From an uncultured delta proteobacterium (lineage in GTDB: Bacteria > Myxococcota_A > Polyangia > Polyangiales > Polyangiaceae): a stretch of DNA of 64,000 nt. Positions 45,318 through 56,055 of this stretch are shown piece after piece. Below the pieces are notes generated by a model. That model was given only the letters and a program-made list of their open reading frames with translations. It was not told the origin of the DNA and did not search any database. Location: the NCBI GenBank assembly GCA_963716725.1, contig CAVQUB010000007.1:1-64000 (forward strand), read 5' to 3'. Each line of letters begins with the position of its first letter. Position 1 is the stretch's first letter. A program made the translations under genes and the position numbers.

Positions 45318-46457
45318 CTAGGGAACGCAGTGCGGGACGCCTGCGGCGTCGACGAGGACCTCGGCCGAGCACCACGAGCCCATCGGACGGCCGTCCGCGC
45401 CGGTCGCCGAGGGGTTGCGCTGGTAGCGGGCGTCCATCAATTCCACCCACGTGCCGTTCGCGCCCTCGACCAGCGCGGCGTGCGGGTGTCGAACGAAGCT
45501 ACGCCAGGCTCCCGCGCAGTCCGAGTCGAGGGCGGCGCGTACACGCGGGTCGTGGTCGAGTCGGCCGACCCGTTGCAGCCCTTTCGCTCCGCTGGCCAGG
45601 TTCAGATCGGCGACGTAGACGGCGCGCTCGGTCTCGACCAGCACCGTCCAGCTCAGCGGATCGAGCGGGGCGGGGGCGTGCGTGACGTCGAGGACGCTCT
45701 CGTCCGCGCCGCGTTCGGCGGCGACCATCTCCCGGCCCACCCGCTCGGCCCGCGGTCCGAGCCCGGCCAGGAGCGCGAGGTACAGCGCCGCGGCGCCGAA
45801 GGAGAACCTCAGCGCGCGGGCCGGTCGCCGCAGACCCCAGCCTGCGGCGCGCGCGGCCACGAGACCGGCCAGCCCGACGAACCAGGCCATGGCGAAGCTC
45901 CACGCGACCAGTCCGCCTGCGGCCGCCGCCCCGACGGCGGCCCCAGCCAGCGCGAGGACGACGCCCCAGGCGAGCGTGCCGGCCCGCGATCGGGGCCCTG
46001 CCAGCAGGGCGCCCGCGCCCAGCGCCAGCCACAGCCACGGGTCGACGATGAAGGCGATGTCCCCGTAGTACCAGCGCGGATCGAAGGGCAGCCAGGGGCG
46101 CAGCCCGTAGATGTTCAGCAGGTCGAGCAAGGGGTGGCTGCCGAGCGCGACCGTGGCGAGCGTCAAGGCTCCCGCCCAGGAACCCGCGTCCACCCCATCG
46201 CGCCGCGCGCGCCGGCGCTCGAGCCAGCGCAGACCGCCGGCCAGCAGCAGGGCCTGCAGCGCGATCCCGGGAACGGCGTGCGTGATGCCGCGATGGTGCA
46301 CGAGGTAGCCCTCGCGGCCGGCCCACAGGCGCACGAGGGCGTCGAGGTCGGGCAGGTTGGCCCCTACCACCAGCGCGGGCGTCGCGAAGGGCGAGAGGCG
46401 GCCGAGGCGGGTGCGCGCGAGGGCGGCGCCCAGCAGCGTGTGCGTGAGGTTGTCCAC
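45318..46457 (-). CDS. YdjM-like membrane metal-dependent hydrolase
   Basis: [42 protein letters not shown]. Confidence 0.88.
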   Translation of the reverse strand: MDNLTHTLLGAALARTRLGRLSPFATPALVVGANLPDLDALVRLWAGREGYLVHHRGITHAVPGIALQALLLAGGLRWLERRRARRDGVDAGSWAGALTLATVALGSHPLLDLLNIYGLRPWLPFDPRWYYGDIAFIVDPWLWLALGAGALLAGPRSRAGTLAWGVVLALAGAAVGAAAAGGLVAWSFAMAWFVGLAGLVAARAAGWGLRRPARALRFSFGAAALYLALLAGLGPRAERVGREMVAAERGADESVLDVTHAPAPLDPLSWTVLVETERAVYVADLNLASGAKGLQRVGRLDHDPRVRAALDSDCAGAWRSFVRHPHAALVEGANGTWVELMDARYQRNPSATGADGRPMGSWCSAEVLVDAAGVPHCVP

Positions 46458-46470
46458 CCGGGCCCGGCGC

Positions 46471-47579
46471 TCAGCCGGCGAGGTCGACCAGCGGCGGACC
46501 CAGGACCTCGGGTCGCACGCGCAGCCCCAGGCCCGGCAGGCTGGAGGCGGCCAGGCGGCCTGCCGCGCGCTGCGGCGCGCCCTCGGCCGTGCTCAGCGGT
46601 CACGTAGCTGTTGAAGTCCGTCGCGCTGAACAGCAGCTCGGACGGCGTGCTGTGGGCCAGGTGGGCGATGGCGGCCGTGGTCACGTCGCCGCCCCAGGAG
46701 TCCTCGATCGTCATGGCGATCCCCAGCCGCGCGCACAGGTCCCGCGCCAGCCGCGTCGGGGTCAGGCCACCCAGCTTGGAGATCTTCAGGTTGACGACGT
46801 CCATGGCGCCGTCGGCGTGGCCGCGCAGCAGCGGCCCCAGCCCGTCGATCGACTCGTCCAGGACGAACGGATGCTCACAGTGGCGGCGCACGGCCAGGCA
46901 CTCCTCGTAGCTGGCGCAGGGCTGCTCGATGTAGACGTCGACGTCGCGCACGGCACGGATCACGCGCAGGGCCTCGTGCTGCAGCCAGCCGGTGTTGGCA
47001 TCCGCGATCAGGACGTCGCCGCGCTGGAGCACCCCGGCCACGGCGCGGATGCGCTCGATGTCGGTCTCCACGTCGCCCCCGACCTTGAGCTGGAAGCGTC
47101 GGTAGCCCTCGGCCCTGTAGCCCGTGACACTCTCCGCCATGGCCCTGGGGCTTCCCTGCGAGATCGCCCGATAGAGCTGGAAGCTCTCGCCGTGGCGCGC
47201 CTCCGAGCAGGGTGCAGACCGGCAGGCCGGCCGCCTGGCCCAGGAGGTCCCAGACGGCGATGTCGATCGCGCTCTTGGCGTAGGGGTGGCCCTTGAGGGC
47301 CGCGTCCATCCGGCGGTAGAGCCGCTCGGGCTCGCGCGGGTCGGCGCCCAGCAGCTGCGGGGCGAGCTCGGCGATGGCCGTGCGCGCCCCGGCCGCGTAG
47401 GCGGGCAGGTAGGCCGGGCCCAGCGGGCAGACCTCGCCCCAGCCGATCCGACCGTCGCCGGTCTCCAGGCGCACCAGGGTCGAGTCGAAGACCTCCACCG
47501 AGCGCCCGCCCGACCACTTGTAGCTGCCCTCGCGGAGCGGCAGCTCGACCCGGTAGGCGGAGATCCTGCGGATTTCCAT
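46471..47579 (-). CDS. Enolase-superfamily cis-3-hydroxy-L-proline dehydratase (frameshifted)
   Basis: [78 protein letters not shown] closely follow the characterised c3LHyp dehydratase subgroup as I recall it. Confidence 0.8.
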
Positions 47580-47617
47580 GGGGCCCGACACGGTAGCCGA
47601 ACGCATCCTGGTGGGCC

Positions 47618-48589
47618 ATGGGCCTCGTGCTGCTGTCGGCCGAAGACCTCGCGCGGCTCCTGCCGCTGCGGGACACGATCGAGGCGATGAAGCGCGCCTT
47701 CGCCGCGGTCGCCTCCGGCTCGGCGCAGCAGCCGCAGCGGGCCGTGCTGGAGACGGCCGAGGGGACCACCCTGGTCATGCCCGGGGCGATCCGCGGGCGC
47801 GCGCTGGGGACCAAGCTCGTCAGCTTGTTCCCGGGCAACCCGGCGCTGGGCCGCCCGACCCTGCAGGGTCTGCTCGCGCTGCTCGACCCGTCGACGGGCA
47901 CGCCCGCGGCGCTGATCGACGCGGCGGCCCTGACGGCCTGGCGCACGGGCGCCGCCTCCGGAGCCGCGACCGACCTGCTGGCCCGACGCGACGCACGCCT
48001 CGGCGCTGTGATCGGCAGCGGGCCCCAGGCCCGTACCCAGGCCCTGGCGATCGACGCCGTGCGCGAGCTCTCCGAGATCCGCCTCGCCGCCCGCGACCGG
48101 GCCAAGCTGGAGCGCTTCGCGCGCGAACTCGCTCCGCTCCTGCGCGCGCGCGTCGTCCCCTGCGGCTCCGCGGCCGAGGCCGTGGACGGGGCCGACTGCG
48201 TGTGCACCGCGACGGACGCGCGGGCCGCGCTGTTCGCCGCCGCGGACCTGGCGCCGGGCGTGCACGTCAACGCCGTGGGCAGCTTCACGCTGCAGATGCG
48301 CGAGCTCGACGAGGACACCGTCGCCGGCGCCCGCGTGTTCGTCGACGAGCGCGCGGCGGCGCTGGCCGAGTCCGGCGAGCTGGTCGCGGCGTTGCGGGCC
48401 GGACGCACGCGTGCGCAGGACTGGACCGAGCTGGGGGACGTGGTCCTGGGCCGGGCGGCGGGCCGCCTGGAGCGGGACGAGCGCACGCTGTTCAAGTCGG
48501 TCGGCCTCGTCGCCCAGGACCTGGAAGCGGGTGCGCTGGCGCTCGAGCGCGCCCGCGCCCAGGGCCTGGGCCGGGAGCTGGAGCTGTGA
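47618..48589 (+). CDS. Ornithine cyclodeaminase/mu-crystallin family, probable Delta1-pyrroline-2-carboxylate reductase
   Basis: [44 protein letters not shown]...QD; genomic context. Confidence 0.85.
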   Translation: MGLVLLSAEDLARLLPLRDTIEAMKRAFAAVASGSAQQPQRAVLETAEGTTLVMPGAIRGRALGTKLVSLFPGNPALGRPTLQGLLALLDPSTGTPAALIDAAALTAWRTGAASGAATDLLARRDARLGAVIGSGPQARTQALAIDAVRELSEIRLAARDRAKLERFARELAPLLRARVVPCGSAAEAVDGADCVCTATDARAALFAAADLAPGVHVNAVGSFTLQMRELDEDTVAGARVFVDERAAALAESGELVAALRAGRTRAQDWTELGDVVLGRAAGRLERDERTLFKSVGLVAQDLEAGALALERARAQGLGRELEL

Positions 48590-49614
48590 CCCAGGACGGC
48601 TGGGACCCTCCGGCGGACTGGACGCGCATCCGCAGCGTGGACGCCCACGCGGCCGGCGAGCCGCTGCGCGTGGTGGTCGCCGGCCTGCCTGCGATTCCCG
48701 GCGAAACGATGCTGGCCAAGCGTCGCTTCGCGCACGAGCAGCTCGACGCGCTGCGCCGGCTCCTGCTGTGGGAGCCGCGCGGGCACGCCGACATGTACGG
48801 GGCCATCCCGACCGAGCCGGTCACGCCGGACGGGGACTTCGGCGTGCTGTTCCTGCACAACGCGGGACTGAGCACCATGTGCGGGCACGGGATCATCGCG
48901 CTGGTCACGGTCGCGCTCGAGACCGGCTGGCCCGTCGTGCGCGACCCCGGCCGCATCGCCATCGACACCCCGGCGGGGCGCATCACGGCGCGCGCCCGGC
49001 TCGAGGCCGGACGCGTCGCCGGCGTGGCCTTCGAGAACGTGCCTTCCTTCGCCCTGCGTCGCGGCCTGCGGGTCGAGGTCGAAGGGCTGGGGCGGGTCAC
49101 CTGCGACGTGGCCTTCGGGGGCGCCTTCTACGCCTTCGTGGAGGCCGATGCGCTGGGGCTCGAGCTCGTGCCGAGCGAGGTCGGCCGGGTCCTCGACGTG
49201 GGCCGGCGCGTCCGCGTGGCCGTGGCCGCCGCGCTCGACGTGCGCCACCCCGGGGGCGCGGAGGACCTGGGCTTCCTCTACGGCACGATCCTGACCGCGC
49301 CGGCGCGCGCGGGCGGGCACAGCCGCCATGCCTGCGTCTTCGCCGACGGCGAGCTGGACCGCTCGCCCACCGGCACGGGCGTCGCCGCCCGGGCGGCGCT
49401 GCTGCACGCCGACGGCCTGCTGGAGGCGGGGCGCTGGATCGGGATCGAGAGCCTGGTCGGGACGCGCTTCGACGTCCGCGTCCTGCGCCGCGCCGACGTG
49501 GGCGGGCTGCCCGCCGTGGTGCCCGAGGTGGCCGGCAGCGCCCACCTGACCGGACGCCACGAGTTCCTGCTCGACCCCCGCGATCCGCTCGCGGGCGGGT
49601 TCCTCCTGCGCTGA
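48586..49614 (+). CDS. Proline racemase family, trans-3-hydroxy-L-proline dehydratase (Cys/Thr dyad)
   Basis: [33 protein letters not shown] (Thr at the second catalytic position); GTGA overlap with the upstream gene. Confidence 0.88.
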   Translation: MTQDGWDPPADWTRIRSVDAHAAGEPLRVVVAGLPAIPGETMLAKRRFAHEQLDALRRLLLWEPRGHADMYGAIPTEPVTPDGDFGVLFLHNAGLSTMCGHGIIALVTVALETGWPVVRDPGRIAIDTPAGRITARARLEAGRVAGVAFENVPSFALRRGLRVEVEGLGRVTCDVAFGGAFYAFVEADALGLELVPSEVGRVLDVGRRVRVAVAAALDVRHPGGAEDLGFLYGTILTAPARAGGHSRHACVFADGELDRSPTGTGVAARAALLHADGLLEAGRWIGIESLVGTRFDVRVLRRADVGGLPAVVPEVAGSAHLTGRHEFLLDPRDPLAGGFLLR

Positions 49615-49643
49615 GGCGCGCGCGGGGCCGTAGAGTGACCGCG

Positions 49644-50411
49644 ATGGAGGTCCCGCGCCTGGTCGGAGAGCTCAAGCGCGACGCCCTGGGCCGCGTCGAG
49701 CTGCTCGAGCGCGGCGGCGAGCGCGTCGTGCGGCGCGTCGCCTGCGGCGGCGGCCTGCCGCTCTCGGGGCTGGTGGCGCGCCAGCTCCTGCGGCGCGAGC
49801 GCCGGGCGCTGCAGGTCCTGGAAGGCCTGGCGGGAGTGCCGCGGCGGCTGCAGGAGCCTGCCTGGGCGAGCGCCCCCGGCCCCGACGGCGAGGCCCCTGC
49901 GGCGCGCGAGGTGCTGGCGCGCACGTTCCTCGCGGGCACGCCGCTGCACCGCGCCGAGGCCCTGCCCGAGGACTTCTTCGAGCACCTGGCCGAGCTGGTC
50001 GAGCAACTGCACCAGCGCGGCGTGTGCCACAACGACCTGCACAAGGAGCAGAACGTCGTCGTCGGCCCCGACGGCCGGCCCGGCCTGATCGACTTCCAGC
50101 TCGCCAGCGTCCATCCCCGGCGCGGGCGCGCCTTCCGCGCCCGCGTGCGCGACGACCTGCGCCACGTGGACAAGCACCGCCGCCGCTACCTGCAGCCAGG
50201 GCGGGGTCCCGACGGAGCGCGCCCGCCGTCGCACGCTCGCCCCCGTCGCACCCCGGCCGCTGCGCTGTGGAGGCGGGGCGTCAAGCCGCTCTACAACCTG
50301 CTCACCCGTGGGCTGCTGCGCACCCGCGACGGCGAGGAGCGGCGCGCCTCCAGCGGACCCTGGCCGCGCTGGACCCCGCCCCTGGGGCCCACGGGCGGGC
50401 CCGGCGATTGA
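49644..50411 (+). CDS. RIO1/Kdo-kinase-like phosphotransferase
   Basis: RERRALQVL, LHQRGVCHNDLHKEQN, LIDFQLA, DLRHVDK. Confidence 0.8.
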   Translation: MEVPRLVGELKRDALGRVELLERGGERVVRRVACGGGLPLSGLVARQLLRRERRALQVLEGLAGVPRRLQEPAWASAPGPDGEAPAAREVLARTFLAGTPLHRAEALPEDFFEHLAELVEQLHQRGVCHNDLHKEQNVVVGPDGRPGLIDFQLASVHPRRGRAFRARVRDDLRHVDKHRRRYLQPGRGPDGARPPSHARPRRTPAAALWRRGVKPLYNLLTRGLLRTRDGEERRASSGPWPRWTPPLGPTGGPGD

Positions 50412-50444
50412 TTCGGGAGCGCGCGCTGCCTAGCGTGGCCGCGC

Positions 50445-51811
50445 ATGGACGTCGTGATCGTCGGAGCGGGCGAGGTCGGCCACCACCTGGCGGAGATCCT
50501 CTCGCGGCGAGGACCACCGCGTGACGGTCATCGACACCGATCCGGTCAAGTGCCAGCGCCTGCTCGAGTCGCTCGACGTTCAGGCCGTGGTGGGGGACGG
50601 AGCCACGGCCGACGTACTGACGCGCTGCGGCACCTCCAAGGCCGACCTGTTCATCGCCGTCACCGCCAACGACCAGGTCAACATGCTGGCCTGCGTGCTG
50701 GCCAGCGAGCTGGGGGCGCGCCGCCGCATCCTGCGCCTGAAGGACATCGCGCCGCTGGCCGGCTACCGCTACTTCTACAAGCACAGCCTGGGCTTCGACG
50801 TCGTGCTCTCGACCGAGGAGCTGGCCGCCGACGAGATCGTCAACGCCGTGCTCCGAGCAGAACGCGCTGGAGGTCGAGACCTTCGCCGACGGCCGCGTGC
50901 ACCTGCGCCGGCTGCGGCTGCAAGCAGACAGCGAGATCGACCCAGGCCCCGCTCTCGGGCGTGCGCCTGCCCTCGGGCGTGCTGATCGGCGGCGTGCTGC
51001 GCCGCGACCGCTTCTTCGTGCCCGACGGCGACGACCAGCTCGCAGGTCGACGATCAGATCTACCTGCTCGGCCGCAGCACCGACCTGGACGCCTTCGAGC
51101 GCATGACCGGAGCAGGGCCGCGCGGCCGCCGCAGCGTGGTCCTGATGGGCGCGGGCGGCATCGGCCGCTCGGTCGCCGTGCGCCTTGCGCAGCGCGAGGA
51201 CATCTCCCTGCGCGTGATCGAGCGCAACCCCGGGCGCGCCCAGGAGCTGGCCAACCGCGTGCCGGCCGGCGTGATGGTGCTGGTGGGGGACGCGACCGAC
51301 CTGGACCTCCTGCTGGAGGAGCGCATCGGCGAGGCCAACCTGTTCGTCGCCACAAGCGACGACGACGAGCGCAACATGGTGGCCTGCCAGCTCGCCCGCT
51401 CGCTGGGCGCGGAGCGCACCATCGCCCTGGTCAACAAGGCGCTCCTACCGGCAGATCTACGACCTGCTCGGCATCGACCAGGCCATCTCGCCGCGCATCC
51501 TGTGCGCCAACCGGATCCTGCGCTTCGTGCGCACGCTCCTCGGTCGCCTCGGTCGCCGTCGATCGGCGAGGGCAAGGCCGAGGTGCTCGAGGTCGAGGCG
51601 CGCTTCCGCAAGGGCTCGGCCAGGCTCAAGAACCTCGACCTGCCGCGCGGGACGCTGGTCGGCGCGGTCGTGCGCGCCGACGAGGTGGTCATCCCCAACG
51701 GCGAGCACCGTGGTCGAGGACGGCGATCACGTGATCCTGTTCGCGACCTCCGACCAGGCCGAGGAGGTCGAGGCGCTGTTCCGCGAAGGCGCGGACGGCG
51801 AGCGGGACTGA
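50445..51811 (+). CDS. trkA: Trk potassium uptake NAD-binding subunit TrkA (frameshifted)
   Basis: Two RCK units: IVGAGEVG...AVTANDQVN and MGAGGIG...ATSDDDERN; TTGATT-N17-TAGCGT promoter at 50408-50436. Confidence 0.92.
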
Positions 51812-51826
51812 GCGCGTCGCGCGACG

Positions 51827-52040
51827 ATGGACCTGCGCGCGGTCGCCTGGCTCCGGGGCTGCGCGGTCTTGCCGCTGGCCGCGGTCGGGCGGGTGCCCGG
51901 CGACCTGGCGGCGGCCGGCCCCAGACCACGGACACCTGCCGGTGCTTGCCAAGCTGCTCCTGACCATCTACATGATCCTGGGCCGGAGGGGCTGCTCGGC
52001 CAGCGCGGCCCTGCTCGTCCCCGGCTCCTGGCGCCGCTGA
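51827..52040 (+). pseudogene. Internally deleted, degenerate trkH relic
   Basis: 5' end MDLRAVAWLRGCAVL matches TrkH MNLRAVAWLLGCAVL; 3' end LAKLLLTIYMILGR...LLVPGSWRR* matches TrkH LVKLLLTVLMILGR...LLLPGFWRR*. Confidence 0.8.
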
Positions 52041-52136
52041 CGGGGCCCGACCCGGGACCGCGTCCCTGAGCATGTTCCTCGTCCACCCCCTCCGAACGAC
52101 GCCGGGAAGCCGCCAGGGCGGCGCGGGAGGACCGCG

Positions 52137-53653
52137 GTGAACCTGCGCGCGGTCGCCTGGCTGCTGGGCTGTGCGGTGCTGCTGATCGCCGGCTTCCTGC
52201 TGGTCCCCGCTGCCATCGGCCTGGGCTACGGCGAGTCCGGTACCGTGCGCGCCTGCCTGCTCTCGGCGCTCGCCAGCGCGCTGCCGGGGAGCGCCTTGGT
52301 CGGGTTCAATCGCGGCAGCGCGGTCAGCGCCGACGGGCGCCTGGACTACTTCCGGCGCGAGGGGCTGGCGGTCGTCGGGCTGACCTGGCTCGCGGCCGGT
52401 GCGCTGGGCGCGCTGCCCTACCTGTTCAGCGGCGTGCTGCGCTCGCCGATCGACGCCTTCTTCGAGTCCGCCTCGGGCTTCACCACGACCGGCTCGACCG
52501 TCCTGTCCGGCGACGCGATCGACGGCCTGCCGCACGGCATCGCCTTCTGGCGCTCGTTCACCCACTGGCTGGGCGGCATCGGCATCGTGATGGTCTTCGT
52601 GGTGCTGTTCCCGACCGGCGGCCGCAGCCTGTTCCGCTCCGAGGTGCCGGGCATCGCGCGCGAGGCCTCGCGCCAGCGCGTGCGCGACAGCGCCCTGGCG
52701 CTGGTCAAGATCTACGTGGTCCTGACCGCCGTCCAGGTCGCACTGCTGCTGGCCGCCGGGCTGGGCCTGGTTCGACGCGGTGATCCACGCCTTCGGGACG
52801 CTGGCGACCGGCGGCTTCTCGAGCCACTCCACCAGCGTGGCCCACTTCGGGTCGTGGGCGGTCGAGCTGATCATCATCGTGTTCATGTTCGTCGCCGGGC
52901 TGAACTTCGCCATCTACGACAGCGCGCTGCGACAGGGGCCACGCCGGGCCTGGCAGCTGGCCGCCGGCTCGACCGAGGTGCGCTGGTACACGGGCATGGT
53001 CGTGATCTCGACCATCGCCATCGCCCTGGCGCTGTGGTTCTGGGGCGGCAGCAACGGCGACGCGGGCGTAGGACCTGCCGGACTACTCGCACTTCCTGCT
53101 GGCCCTGCGCGACAGCGCCTTCTCGGTCGTCTCGCTGCAGACCAGCACCGGCTACGGCACGGCGGACTTCGACCGCTGGCCCGAGTTCTGCCGCGTCCTG
53201 CTGATGCTGCTGGCCTTCGTCGGCGCCTGCGCGGGCTCGACCGGCGGCGGGCTCAAGGTGGTGCGCTTCCTGATCGTCGGCCGGGCCGCGCTGCGCGGCG
53301 TGCGCCAGTTCGCGCGCCCGCGCGCGATCCACGTCGTGCGCATCGACGACGACACCCTGGACGAGGGCGTCGTCGCCTCGGTCACCGGCTACTTCGGCTG
53401 TGGGTCCTGTTCCTGCTCCTGGGCACGTCTGGCCCTGAGCCTGATCGGCGTCGACCTGGTGACCGCCTCGACGGCGGTCGCTGGCGACGCTCAACAACAT
53501 CGGCCCGGGCCTGGCGCGAGTCGGGCCGTACACTGAACTTCGCCGAGCTGCCGGACCTGGTCAAGCTCGCTGCTGACCGTCCTGATGATCCTCGGCCGCC
53601 TGGAGTTCTACGCGGTCGTGATCCTGCTGCTGCCGGGCTTCTGGCGCCGCTGA
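52137..53653 (+). CDS. trkH: Trk potassium uptake membrane subunit TrkH (frameshifted)
   Basis: FFESASGFTTTGST, WRSFTHWLGGIGI, LATGGFS, TSTGYG, GACAGSTGGGLKVVR, NNIGPG, GRLEF. Confidence 0.95.
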
Positions 53654-53671
53654 GCGCCGGCGCGCGCGCGC

Positions 53672-54337
53672 TCAGAGGATGTCCTCGCGGTAGAACCAGC
53701 GGCGCCGGTGAGCAGGTCGTGGCGCCTGGCGTCACCAGCCGCCACAGCTGGTCGGGGCCCAGGACCGTCAGGTACTCCCGCGGGGCCGTCGCCCGGTCCA
53801 GGACCAGCCGCCCGGAGACCAGCGCCACCAGGCGGCGCGGCCCGTCCTCGCTGTCGCGACGAAGACGCCCGCACCGATCTGGTCGGCGCGTCCGCGCAGG
53901 GCCGTCGGGGATGCTCGATCAGGAGCCCGTACGACGCGCGGGTCGCTCGGAGCGTGCGCGACGCGCTGCGCCAGGAGCCCGCCCTCGCTGCGCCCGCGCA
54001 CGAGCAACTGGACTCCCGGCGGCCGGGGTCGACGAAGAGCAGCGGGACGGTCGGCAGGCGGATCTGCGTCTCGGCCGTGTAGAGCCCGCCGCCGAGCGGC
54101 TCGATCACGGAGAGCTCGACGCTCGGCCCGTCGCCGAACCAGGCCGCGATCTCGACCTCGCCGGAGCGCGCCGTGCGCCCGAGGAAGACGACGCCGTAGT
54201 CGGTCGAGACGCCCAGCTCGTGCCGCCGGAGGTGCGGATCTCGCACGTCGGGTCGATCAGCGTGCGCGTGCCCGGCAGGCGCGCCAGCAGCGCACAGGCC
54301 AGGGCGACAGAGGCGCGGCGAGAGGAGTCTGCGTCAT
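53672..54337 (-). CDS. Hypothetical (probable lipo)protein (frameshifted)
   Basis: Stitched fragments GTRTLIDPTCEIRTSGG / ELGVSTDYGVVFLGRTARSG / QIGAGVF / ALVSGRLVL / EYLTVLGPDQLWRLV; co-oriented downstream of the DUF1570 genes. Confidence 0.55.
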
Positions 54338-54345
54338 GTCGGGGG

Positions 54346-56055
54346 CTAGAAGCCCATGTAGCTGTCGTAGGCCCGCCTGGTAGGTCTGGTTGTCGGGGGC
54401 CAGCTCCACGGCCAGCCCGAGGTAGGGCTGGGCCTCGGGCACCTCGTCGAAGCCCTTGGCGCCCGCGCCCTCCATTTCGATGTCCATGCCGCCGCTGATC
54501 AGGATGGCGCCGCCCACCAGGTTCATGCCCAGCTCGTAGCGGTAGCCCGCGTTGCAGCGGGTCGCGCTCGATGGCGGCCTCGAGGTCTAGACGCGCCAGC
54601 TCGCTGTTGCCCTGCAGCCAGTGCAGCTTGCTGCGCGCCCACCAGGCGCGCGGCATCGGGGATGCCGGCGTCGATGGCGGCGTCCAGGTCGGCCCTGGCC
54701 GCGGCGATCTTGGCCTTCATGACGGCCTCGTCCTCGTCGAAGATCGTGCCCTGGATGATGGCCATCCAGCCGCGCTTGAAGCGCGCCTGGGGCGCCCTCG
54801 ACCGGGATGGCGGCGATGAACTGCTTCCACTCGCGGTCGAGCGCCTCGACGTCCTTGGCGCCGATCGCCTCGAGCACCACGCGGCCGGATCTCCTCGGGC
54901 GGGACGCGCTTGCCCGTGCCCGACTTGTCGAAGTGCCCGACGGTCTCGGTCTCGATGCCCTTCTTGAGCGTGTAGATGTCCTTGAAGAACTTGTCGAAGG
55001 CGTCGCCGGTACTTGCGGTCGGCCTCGTTGAGGAAGTAGACGAACGACCAGGCGTGGGCGTACTCGAAGGCGTGGAAGTCGTCGCGGTCGATGCAGGAAC
55101 AGGTCCTCCAGCTTGATGTCCTTGCCGTCCTCGATCGCCTGCTGCACGGTCAGGACGCGGTCGGTCTGCAGCTGGCCGGGCGTCGATCTCGATGCGGCCC
55201 TTCTTGTCGACGCTCGATCTTCGACGAGCCGAAGTAGTCGGCCACGGCCTCGTTGAGCCAGATCTGCGTGACGTACTGCTGGTCGATCAGGAAGGTCAGC
55301 AGGTGCGTGCACTCGTGCAGGCCGACCCAGTTGCTGATCGCCGGCTCCTCGTAGTCGTGGTAGAAGTTGAGCGACTGCGTCGGTGGGCGCAGAAGAAGCC
55401 GAGCCACGCCCGGGCTGATGCCGTACTTGCCGCGGTTGGCCTCGTAGAACTCCGCGCGGCTCTTGTAGATGTTGACCGCCATCTTCGTGCGCCGCAGCGA
55501 CGGGGTGGGCTTGATGCCGAAGCGGTCGTCCATCAGGTCGTAGTAGGCCTCGAGCAGGTCGCCGTAGTACTCGAGCAGCTCGGGCGAGGTGTTGCGTGCG
55601 CACGACGAAGTGCTTGGTCTCCTGCTCCCAGGCGTTGTGCGAAGTCGGCGTGGGCGGCCAGCTCGTCGGCGCGCTCCTTGGACTGCCTCGAACTCGCTGC
55701 TGCAGCTGCGTTCTCGTAGGCCGGCTTGGACAGCCACTTGCCCTGGTAGCGCACGTAGCCCTGCTCGAGCTTCTCGCGCTCGTCGTCGTTCTGGGGCACG
55801 TAGTCGGACATGTCGCCCTCGATCTCGACCGCCTTGAGGCGCGCGGGGTCGGGCGACGAAGATCTCGCCGATCGTCGAACTCCAGCAGGTAGCCGCCGTC
55901 CTTGGCGCGGGCCTTGCGCGGCTTGATCACGCGACCGTCGTCGGTGATGACGCGGTCGGCGCAGGGCGGGCGCCGCCAGCAGCGTCGCGGCCAGCGCCGC
56001 CAGCGGCAGGGCGCAGCAGACGCCGGGCGCGGGTCCTCATGGCGCGACTGCTCAT
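54346..56055 (-). CDS. DUF1570-type zincin metallopeptidase-like protein with C-terminal TPR (frameshifted)
   Basis: ETKHFVV, GLHECTHLL (HExxH), WLNEAVADY, EYAHAWSFVYFL; ATGA overlap with the upstream paralog. Confidence 0.75.

Noticed and set aside
52041..52136. Possible c-di-AMP (ydaO) riboswitch upstream of trkH
   Set aside because: The conserved ydaO sequence blocks are absent and the region is short. The adjacent DNA is explained by the trkH relic.
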